This document shows, piece after piece, positions 6,914-14,417 of a DNA stretch of 32,000 nt. Source of the DNA: Staphylothermus hellenicus DSM 12710 (GTDB taxonomy: Archaea; Thermoproteota; Thermoprotei_A; Sulfolobales; Desulfurococcaceae). The DNA lies in assembly GCF_000092465.1 (NCBI RefSeq), contig NC_014205.1, positions 390,001-422,000 of the forward strand, read 5' to 3'. The position numbers and the translations under genes were made by a program. Positions within the stretch are counted from its first letter, which is position 1, and every line of letters starts with the position of its first letter. Under the pieces are notes generated by a model. It was given only the letters and a program-made list of their open reading frames with translations, made no database searches and was not told the origin of the DNA.

Positions 6914-8068
6914 ATGAATAAGATGATAATGAATAGAAAAATTATGAAAAAATACATTTGGGGACAATATTTTACTCGAGGAGAAATAGTTAGGAAAGTA
7001 ATTGATCTCATCTTAGAATTTAAGAAATACGATAAGAATATTAAGATTCTTGAGCCCGCATTTGGAACTGGGAATTTTATTCGTGTTCTTAAAGAAAAAG
7101 GCTTTAAAAACATTGAGGGATGTGAAATAGATCCAAGATTCACTAAGACACCGCAAGATTTCTTCCTCTACCCACTAGAGAAAAAATTTGACCTGATAAT
7201 AGGTAATCCTCCATTTACAAAGTATAATATAAAGGAAAGTTATTTCTATCCCAAAAAATATTTTCAAAGCCCGATCCACCCCAGAAAATATTTACCAAGA
7301 AAACTTTTGAAAAAAGAAAAAATCCGTATAGAAAATGCTTTCATATTGAAATCGATCAAACACTTAAAAGACAAAAATTCAACAATAGGGTTTGTGCTAC
7401 CTGCCTCCTTTTTTATAGAAGGTAAAAATTTAGAAACAAAAAAAGTTATTGCAGAAAACTTTAAAACAATCATAGTATATCAAAATGAGGGAAAAATGGT
7501 AGATGAGCCAATACCCTGCGTTTTCGCTATTTTTACTAATATCAAAGAATTTGAAAACAAAATACTTCTTATTTATGAAAATAATGAAAAGAAAGTAGTT
7601 AAAGAAGTATTAGATAAAGAAAAATTACTAACTGATGAAATTATTCCGAAAACCTATTTCTACAGAAAAAACAATGATCTGAAAGGAATTCCTCTTTCTG
7701 AGTTTCTACTTGATAAACCAGTACGATACAAGAAATCTTTTACAAAATATAATGTTTCTGCTGCTAACATCCTAGCAAAAACTCGGATCCCGCCGGGAGA
7801 AAATGTTTCAGATTATTATCTCGCAGTTGTTCGTGTGGGAAATGCGAGCGTGGGACGAGCTGGTTTAATTAATATAAAGAAAGACATCCTAAACGACATG
7901 TTCTACGTGTTTGCATTTAAAGAAAAATATAATAATAACCGAGAAATCAAAGAAAAAATATGTAGAATATTGAATGAAAACCAAGAATATTTTAAAAATA
8001 TAACGATCAGGGTTGGAAGCAAATCTATTAAGAAAAGAGATATTCTAAATTTCAAAATTAAAATTTAG
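6914..8068 (+). CDS. N6-adenine DNA methyltransferase, gamma class (TaqI/Eco57I-like Type II MTase)
   Basis: N-terminal 'WGQYFT', then motif I ILEPAFGTGNF (from 7052), then motif IV DLIIGNPPF (NPPF = 7205-7216). The order I then IV marks the gamma class. The long C-terminal region is plausibly the target-recognition domain. The start is set at ATG 6914, 9 nt after GAGGTG; the ORF track's GTG 6902 lies inside that SD-like box. Confidence 0.85.
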   Translation: MNKMIMNRKIMKKYIWGQYFTRGEIVRKVIDLILEFKKYDKNIKILEPAFGTGNFIRVLKEKGFKNIEGCEIDPRFTKTPQDFFLYPLEKKFDLIIGNPPFTKYNIKESYFYPKKYFQSPIHPRKYLPRKLLKKEKIRIENAFILKSIKHLKDKNSTIGFVLPASFFIEGKNLETKKVIAENFKTIIVYQNEGKMVDEPIPCVFAIFTNIKEFENKILLIYENNEKKVVKEVLDKEKLLTDEIIPKTYFYRKNNDLKGIPLSEFLLDKPVRYKKSFTKYNVSAANILAKTRIPPGENVSDYYLAVVRVGNASVGRAGLINIKKDILNDMFYVFAFKEKYNNNREIKEKICRILNENQEYFKNITIRVGSKSIKKRDILNFKIKI

Positions 8069-8726
8069 AAATTATTCTTTCAATTATTTCAATAACATCT
8101 TCTCTATGTTTCTGAGATAAAACTGCAAACGTTTTCATAATTTCAATTATATCATTTTTAGTAGGAAACCATTTAACTACTTCTTTTGGCCTAGCCGTTC
8201 TACCAACTAAAGATCCTACTGCATCATTGGTAACAACATTTCTAACGGGGATGAAAACATATAACATTGGCTGATAACCAACAGCTCTTTGTTTATGTTT
8301 TAATTCTGCTTCTACAAAACAACCATTATCCAAATCCTTATGAATTATTGGAATGTGTCTAAAAAACACTTTAAACTCGCCAAGAAATGCTCTATTTGTT
8401 TCTTCTTTAAGTATTTTGAACTGTTTATCAAATGTTTGTGGAACCTTGACTGCATAGTCTCTTAGTTGCTTTAATTCTTCTCGCGTAATAATACCACGGT
8501 TATAGGCAATTTCAAGCATTTTCCCAGCTTCAATTAAAACCTCCTCGTCTTTTTTGTAAGAAATTTGCCACTCCAGAAGGTCGTCCTCTCTTAATTTAGT
8601 TTGTCTAGCTGGAATAGGCTCACCGTTTCTTTTTACTCTCACCTTACTTGTAGGCAAAGTAATTGGTAATAAACCAACTATTCTTCCATCTTCCCATCTA
8701 ACTTCACATTCAACCATGTTAATCAT
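8058..8726 (-). CDS. Putative restriction endonuclease partner (PD-(D/E)xK-like motif); otherwise hypothetical
   Basis: Convergent with the MTase, with an 11-bp overlap of the 3' ends. 'IIHKDLDNGCFVEAELKHK' (8298-8336) fits D...E-x-K. No other family resemblance. The start is set at ATG 8726 (MINMVECEV); the ORF track's TTG 8765 is also possible. Confidence 0.45.
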   Translation of the reverse strand: MINMVECEVRWEDGRIVGLLPITLPTSKVRVKRNGEPIPARQTKLREDDLLEWQISYKKDEEVLIEAGKMLEIAYNRGIITREELKQLRDYAVKVPQTFDKQFKILKEETNRAFLGEFKVFFRHIPIIHKDLDNGCFVEAELKHKQRAVGYQPMLYVFIPVRNVVTNDAVGSLVGRTARPKEVVKWFPTKNDIIEIMKTFAVLSQKHREDVIEIIERIISKF

Positions 8727-9193
8727 CCCGATATCCAAAATATTAGTTTTCAGGCTTAAATACAATGCTCAATGCTGCAGCGAGATTGTAGCCTAGGAAT
8801 AATATACGGGATCCACGGTTGCAGGGGCTGTTTCTCGAGAAAAGCAACATATTCTGGGGCTGAATAAGTGTGTTTGGATAAATGTTTTTGAACTCCAAAT
8901 CTGAGTTCATAGAAGATAAGGAAAAACTTTAGAATTTACGGTTTAGAATAGCTTTCCTAAGCTCTTCTAGGATCTCTTTTAGCTCCCCTTTTAACTCCTT
9001 CTCCTTTTTTGAGATCCTTCATTTCTTCCCAAGCCCCTCAATAGTTTTTCTAGCCTATACTTCCTTAATGTTTTAGCTATAGCCATATAATTATAATAGA
9101 GTCGAAATGAGCCGTCAAGATCCCTTATAAATCCTTAGCTATAACCATAGTCAAATATAGAGAAAGAAAGAGAATAAAAAATGGTTAAAATTT

Positions 9194-11608
9194 TTAGGCT
9201 TTATACTTCTTGATGAGACCATGCTTCTTTATAATACTGTATACATAGTCTGGTGTTAGCGGTATTCTGTTGATGTCCTTGTTAACGTTTCTGCCTCCTC
9301 CGAGCGCGTGTGCTACTGCGTTAGCTATGCTTGGAGCTATACCTACTATTGATGGTTCTCCTAATCCTTTGGCTCCATATGGGCCTCTGTTGAATCCTGC
9401 TTCAACCCATATAGCCTTGATCTTTTCGGGTATGTCTAGTCCTGTTGGTATATGATATGTTGATAGATTCTTATTGTATACTCTGCCATCTGGTGCATGG
9501 TATATGTCCTCCATTAATGCATATCCCATTCCCTGAATATAGCCTCCTACAGCGTGGTGTTCGGCACCTGTTCTATTGATTACTCTGCCAATATCATAAG
9601 CTGTTACTGCTTCTTTAACCCTGGCAACACCCGTCTCTAGATCAACTACTACATCGCTTATTATTGCTCCAAATGTGTAGTGCATATATGGTGCTCCCTG
9701 ACCAGTTTCCTCATCCCATTCAGCTGGTGGTGCACGGAAATATCCAAATTCTTGTATAGGTACTCCCTTCCAGAAGCTCTGCTCTACTAGTTCCTGCCAC
9801 GTTATCTTCAAGTTGGGGTCGCTCCTACAATATACGTCTGGAGCATCTATTACTATATCGTCTGGGTCACAGCCTAGTATTTCTCCAGCTAGCTTGTTTA
9901 GTCTCTGCCTCAGCTTATATGCTGCTACGAGTGCTGCATTACCGCCCATAACGGTTGATCTTGATGCCACGGTTGGTCCTGCATCAGGTGTTGAAGCTGT
10001 ATCTGGCCATTCAACCTTTACATAGCTTGGCGGAACACCTAGTGTTTCAGCGATAATATTGACTATTCCCTGTATAGCTCCTTGTCCGAAGTCTGTGAGG
10101 CCTGTTCTGAAGATTATGCTTCCATCCCGTTGTATTATTATTGTGGCTGATGAGAAGTCTGCTCCTTCAGCGCCTATACTGTTTCCATGATAGAATACAG
10201 CTATTCCTATTCCTCTCCTCACTAATCCTTTCTGTTGACTATACAGTTTTCTCTTCTCATACCAGTTGGCTGCTTCTACTGCTTTGAGAATAGCCTCTTC
10301 TAATCCAACTCCATGGCTTAGCAGTTGTCCATGTACTGTTCGGTCACCGTTTCTCAGTATATTCTTTAACCTAAGCTCTACAGGGTCGAGTCCCAGCTCT
10401 TCAGCTAATAAATCCATTTGCCTCTCATGTGCAAATGCGACTTGCGGGTTTCCGAATCCACGGAAAGCGCCAGCATATACTTTATTAGTATATACTACTG
10501 CTAGATCTACCTTGGCATTAGGTACTTTGTATGGACCAGTGCTGTGAACAATAGCTCTCCATCCAACAAATGGTCCTAGGCTAGCATATGCTCCTGTATC
10601 CAGAATTATTTCTGCTTCAACAGCTAATAACCTACCATCACGTGTTGCTGCATGCTTGTATCTAGCTATCATTGGGTGCCTCTTGCTGTGGCCAATAATG
10701 GATTCTTCACGTGTAAACACTAGGAATGCAGGTCTACCTGTAAATATTGCTGCTAATGCAGTCTTAGCAGCGATCTCGTTTCCAACGTCCTCAGCACCGC
10801 CAAAGCCTCCGCCTAGCGGCGGCGCTATTACTCTAACCTTATTAAACGGTAATCCTAGGACTTGAGCAACTGCTTTACGTGTATCGAATGGGCATTGGGT
10901 CTTTGCATATATTGTTACTCCGCCGTCTGGCTGGGGTATTGCAAGGGCAGCTTCAGGCTCTAAGTATGCGTGTTCCTGCATTGGTGTGCGGTATTCGTTC
11001 TCTATAACTACAGCTGCTTCCTGGAATGCTTTCTTTACATCTCCTCTCCTTATCTTGTATCTTGATACCACATCGCTTCCGCGTTCATCATGTATTAATG
11101 TATGTTCTTTCTCTTGTAATCCGCCCCATTCAACAATCTTTAATGGGTCAAGAATTACTTCTAATGGTTCATATTCTACTCTTACGAGATCAGCTGCTTC
11201 TAAAGCGTTTTCATAGTTTTCAGCAACAATTAATGCTATTGTGTCACCGATATATCGGACCTTTTTATCCGCTAGTAATGGCTGGTCAGGAATAACGTAT
11301 CCTACATCGTTTATTCCAGGTATATCCTTAGCTGTTATCACCTTTATTACTCCAGGATATTTCTCTGCATCACTTACATCGATCTTCTTTATTAATGCAT
11401 GTGCATACTTTGTTCTAACACTATAAACAAATACGGCGTTTTGATATAGTTTTTTCAGGTCGGCAGTGAACCATGCTTTACCGCTTATTTTATCTATAGC
11501 GTCCCATTTGATAATGTGTTTACCTATATACTTGAATTCCTTAGTTTTCTTACCCTTTGTTTTCTCATAGATTTTTTCTACTATATCTACGTATTCAGGC
11601 TTGCTCAT
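9194..11608 (-). CDS. Molybdopterin-binding large subunit of a xanthine-dehydrogenase-family hydroxylase (aldehyde oxidoreductase / CutA-like, not CO dehydrogenase type)
   Basis: 804 aa with GGGFGG ('PPLGGGFGGAEDV'), 'GAFRGFGNPQ' (XDH/AOR-type loop rather than the CODH VAYRCSFR loop) and a C-terminal 'AKGLGEPSIVG' catalytic-Glu region. GGAGGTGA lies 7 nt before the ATG. Confidence 0.9.
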   Translation of the reverse strand: MSKPEYVDIVEKIYEKTKGKKTKEFKYIGKHIIKWDAIDKISGKAWFTADLKKLYQNAVFVYSVRTKYAHALIKKIDVSDAEKYPGVIKVITAKDIPGINDVGYVIPDQPLLADKKVRYIGDTIALIVAENYENALEAADLVRVEYEPLEVILDPLKIVEWGGLQEKEHTLIHDERGSDVVSRYKIRRGDVKKAFQEAAVVIENEYRTPMQEHAYLEPEAALAIPQPDGGVTIYAKTQCPFDTRKAVAQVLGLPFNKVRVIAPPLGGGFGGAEDVGNEIAAKTALAAIFTGRPAFLVFTREESIIGHSKRHPMIARYKHAATRDGRLLAVEAEIILDTGAYASLGPFVGWRAIVHSTGPYKVPNAKVDLAVVYTNKVYAGAFRGFGNPQVAFAHERQMDLLAEELGLDPVELRLKNILRNGDRTVHGQLLSHGVGLEEAILKAVEAANWYEKRKLYSQQKGLVRRGIGIAVFYHGNSIGAEGADFSSATIIIQRDGSIIFRTGLTDFGQGAIQGIVNIIAETLGVPPSYVKVEWPDTASTPDAGPTVASRSTVMGGNAALVAAYKLRQRLNKLAGEILGCDPDDIVIDAPDVYCRSDPNLKITWQELVEQSFWKGVPIQEFGYFRAPPAEWDEETGQGAPYMHYTFGAIISDVVVDLETGVARVKEAVTAYDIGRVINRTGAEHHAVGGYIQGMGYALMEDIYHAPDGRVYNKNLSTYHIPTGLDIPEKIKAIWVEAGFNRGPYGAKGLGEPSIVGIAPSIANAVAHALGGGRNVNKDINRIPLTPDYVYSIIKKHGLIKKYKA

Positions 11609-11615
11609 TCACGTT

Positions 11616-12158
11616 TCACCTCCCAATAACTTTCATATGGTATTTGTTACGGATCTCTTTCTCGTCAAAATAGATCTTCCCCTCCTTCAAATACTTCGCT
11701 GCCAGCTTGACGGCTGCAAAGTAGTAGTGGTAGCTTCCACAACGACACAGTGTTGAGCTTAACCATTCCTTTATCTCTTCATAGCTTGGATCAGGGTTTC
11801 TATCCAATAATGCTTTAGCCATCAACATAAACCCACTTGTACAGAATCCGCATTGAACACCGCGAGTCTCTAGGAAAGCTACTTGTATAGCGTGGAGTTT
11901 TCCTTCAGGAGCTAGTCCTTCAAGTGTTGTTATCTCTGCGCCGTCAAGTGTTGCCGTTAGTGTTAGGCAGGAATGTCTTGGATTACCATTTACTAAGACT
12001 ATACATATTCCACATTCTCCCCTGCCACAGCCTTCTTTAACACTGGTTAATCCCAGTCTATATCGTAGCGTATCTAATAGTCTCTCATATGGTGGTACTT
12101 CTAACGTGTATTCTTTTCCATTAACTTTTAAATGAACCTTTACAAGTTTCTCCTCCAT
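11616..12158 (-). CDS. [2Fe-2S]-binding small subunit of the molybdenum hydroxylase (CutC/CoxS-like)
   Basis: Plant-type cluster 'CGRGECGICIV...C' and second cluster 'QCGFCTSG...CRC'. The start is set at ATG 12158, 5 nt after GGTGA. The ORF track's GTG 12167 lies inside the SD and overlaps the upstream stop. Confidence 0.9.
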   Translation of the reverse strand: MEEKLVKVHLKVNGKEYTLEVPPYERLLDTLRYRLGLTSVKEGCGRGECGICIVLVNGNPRHSCLTLTATLDGAEITTLEGLAPEGKLHAIQVAFLETRGVQCGFCTSGFMLMAKALLDRNPDPSYEEIKEWLSSTLCRCGSYHYYFAAVKLAAKYLKEGKIYFDEKEIRNKYHMKVIGR

Positions 12159-12163
12159 TATGC

Positions 12164-13051
12164 TCACCCCTTAATTCTCTTATATGCTCTTAACAGGTTT
12201 CTCTTCAAAACTACCTTAGACATATCCATACGGTACTCAGCATTTGTCCACCAATCTGTTACCCTCTCCATTTCCGTGGGGAGAACTTCTTCAGCAACTT
12301 TCTCGAGTATTTCCTCGCTGAACTCTTTGCCTTTCAAGAACTCCTCAGACTTCCTTGCTCTACCAGGTATTCTTTTCTCTCGAACCATGTCAAAACTTAT
12401 CTTAACATCAGCGATCTTATTGTCTTCGAGTGCTAGGAAAGCTGCACCAGTAACTACACCGGCTATCAATAGTTCTCTTCTATCAAACTTTATGAAGCTA
12501 CTGCTACTATTCATTGGCGGCTCCGAAAATATTATTTCATATATTAGCTCGTTAGGTTTTAGATCAACTTTTCTCTTATCTATTAGGAAGTCTTCAAGCC
12601 TCACTATTCTCTCTCCATTAGCACTTACTAGTCTAAGTTTTGCATCGTATACGAGTAGGAGAGTAATATAGTCATTGTATTGTGTAGCAGATACTAAGTT
12701 CCCAGCTATTGTGGCTTCGAATCTTAATGCTAGGGTACCGAATTTCTTATATACATCTACGAATCCCGCAAATCTTTTGTCTTTATGTAGAAATGTCTGG
12801 CTTAGCTCATAGAGAGTTGTTCCACCACCTATGTGGATGCCGTCATCTTTTTTCTCAACAAATGATAACTCCCTCTTTATAGCGTTGAGGTCAACCAAGT
12901 GTTTCGGTATAGGAATTCGTCTATCCCTGATCAATATTATGAGCTCTGTTCCGCCGGCAAGAGGTTTTGCTTCACCACTATGTTTATCTAGAAATTCCAG
13001 CGCGTCTTCGAGGCTTTTAGGCCTGTATATGTCGAATCTTGGTAATGTTAC
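12164..13051 (-). CDS. FAD-binding medium subunit of the molybdenum hydroxylase (CutB/CoxM-like); start codon unresolved
   Basis: The track ORF starts at TTG 12934. The same frame upstream, open to the TGA at 13054-13052, encodes VTLPRFDIYRPKSLEDALEFLDKHSGEAKPLAGGTELIILIRDRR. This is the family's conserved N-terminus, including the AGGT(E/D)L FAD motif. Confidence 0.85.
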   Translation of the reverse strand, partial: VTLPRFDIYRPKSLEDALEFLDKHSGEAKPLAGGTELIILIRDRRIPIPKHLVDLNAIKRELSFVEKKDDGIHIGGGTTLYELSQTFLHKDKRFAGFVDVYKKFGTLALRFEATIAGNLVSATQYNDYITLLLVYDAKLRLVSANGERIVRLEDFLIDKRKVDLKPNELIYEIIFSEPPMNSSSSFIKFDRRELLIAGVVTGAAFLALEDNKIADVKISFDMVREKRIPGRARKSEEFLKGKEFSEEILEKVAEEVLPTEMERVTDWWTNAEYRMDMSKVVLKRNLLRAYKRIKG

Positions 13052-13311
13052 TCACCTCTAACTAGCTTAATATAGTTTATCTGTGGTAAGGGAATAAATA
13101 GTATTTGTCTCCGTATTTGTTTATCTAGGCTTATTCATGCATAGAACGTATATACAGCTATAATATTGTCTGCGATGAAGTGATCAATAAATTCATGAAT
13201 AATAGAGTAGCAGTAGCCGAGTTACTGATATACTAATATATGGTTAGACATTTATTCTTGTAAATACGATATATAGGAATAACCAATAAATAATTGGAGG
13301 ATGACAATATA

Positions 13312-14328
13312 ATGAGCCTACGTGTATGCAACGATATAATTGAATGTATAGGTAAAACACCCATTATCAGACTACAAAGAATAGAGAAGGATCAGGAAGT
13401 AGGCTTCGAAATATGGGCTAAAGCAGAGTTCATGAACCCGACTGGGAGCGTCAAGGATCGTATGGCTTACTATATGATCAAAAGAGCAATGGATAAGGGA
13501 GAATTAAAACCTGGAATGACAATAGTTGTGCCAACAACTGGAAACACAGGAATATCTTTCTCAGCCCTCGGCAGCTACTTTGGATTAAAAGTATTAATCG
13601 TTATCCCAGAGGAAATGAGTGCTGAAAGATTCATGTTAATGAAACTATTTGGAGCAGACTTCCTATTCACACCCGGCGGCGAAAGCGATGCTGGAAAAGC
13701 ATTAGAGATAGCTAGAAAACTTGCAGAAGAAAACCCGGACAAATATTATTTCTTTGATCAATGGGGTGATGAAGCAAATGTTCAAGCACACTATGAGACA
13801 ACCGGTAAAGAGATCCTAGACCAGATTGGATGCCCAGACGCATTCGTTGCACAAGTAGGAACAGGCGGGACATTGATGGGTGTAGCTAAGAGGCTTAAGG
13901 AGGAATGTAAAAACGTAATAGTAGCAGGGGCTGAGCCAGCTGAGTGCCCTATAGCATATTACTGGTTTAAGACAGGCAAGGAGGGGCCATGGGGTAGGCA
14001 TGAAATAGAAGGTGTCGGAGACGGATTCGTGCCAGACATTGTTAAACGATATAAGCATCTCCTAGACGATTTCGTAACATCTACAAGTGATGAAGCAATA
14101 ACAATGGCTAGGAAAATCGCTCGCCTCGAAGCATTGCCTGTAGGAATAAGTAGTGGTGCAAACGTTGTATCAGCAATAAAGCTTGGAAAAAGCCATGGTT
14201 TAGGAAAGGAAAAGAAAATTGTAACAATACTGCCAGACTACGCTGCAAGATACTTCTCAACAAGACTGTTCAAGAAGAAAAGGGAAATAGTTGATCGCAA
14301 GAAAATACTTGAGGAACTAGGCATATAA
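13312..14328 (+). CDS. PLP-dependent cysteine synthase / cystathionine beta-synthase family enzyme
   Basis: PLP-lysine motif 'NPTGSVKDR', 'TGNTGIS' and 'GTGGT' loops. ATG 13312 follows GGAGGATGA; the track's TTG 13294 is probably an artefact. Confidence 0.85.
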   Translation: MSLRVCNDIIECIGKTPIIRLQRIEKDQEVGFEIWAKAEFMNPTGSVKDRMAYYMIKRAMDKGELKPGMTIVVPTTGNTGISFSALGSYFGLKVLIVIPEEMSAERFMLMKLFGADFLFTPGGESDAGKALEIARKLAEENPDKYYFFDQWGDEANVQAHYETTGKEILDQIGCPDAFVAQVGTGGTLMGVAKRLKEECKNVIVAGAEPAECPIAYYWFKTGKEGPWGRHEIEGVGDGFVPDIVKRYKHLLDDFVTSTSDEAITMARKIARLEALPVGISSGANVVSAIKLGKSHGLGKEKKIVTILPDYAARYFSTRLFKKKREIVDRKKILEELGI

Positions 14329-14417
14329 AATATTTAAAACATTATTTTTCTCTTCTCTTTCTCTTCTTATCTTTATATTCTCTATAGTGATTTAATACTA
14401 GATCCTATAATTCAGAG

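Noticed and set aside
6737-7143. Two minus-strand ORFs (76 and 101 aa) across the wHTH/MTase junction, and 7264-7473
   Set aside because: They lie in an A/T-rich region where long chance ORFs are common, and they are antisense to the motif-bearing wHTH and MTase genes.
8766-8870. tRNA or structured ncRNA in the relatively G/C-richer patch after the endonuclease gene
   Set aside because: I could find no acceptor-stem/T-loop arrangement (no GTTC-type loop with flanking complementary arms) and no stable cloverleaf by eye. It is treated instead as a gene remnant (see the scar finding).
9270-11426. Seven plus-strand ORFs of 61-93 aa (9270, 9813, 10266, 10656, 10986, 11026, 11241) inside the large-subunit gene
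   Set aside because: All lie antisense to an 804-aa gene with unmistakable family motifs. Their products are low-complexity (Ser/Leu/Pro/Ala-rich) with no motifs, typical of shadow ORFs.
12132-12671. 179-aa plus-strand ORF
   Set aside because: It is entirely antisense to the FAD- and 2Fe-2S-subunit genes. Its Ser/Leu-rich composition and lack of an SD or promoter mark it as a shadow ORF.
13165-13230. Possible C/D-box sRNA in the cutB/cysteine-synthase intergenic region (gcgATGAAGTGATCA...ATGA...CTGA)
   Set aside because: The putative C box deviates from RUGAUGA at key positions. No convincing C'/D' pair exists with 12-nt guide spacing, and no terminal stem. The matches are chance ones in A/T-rich promoter DNA.
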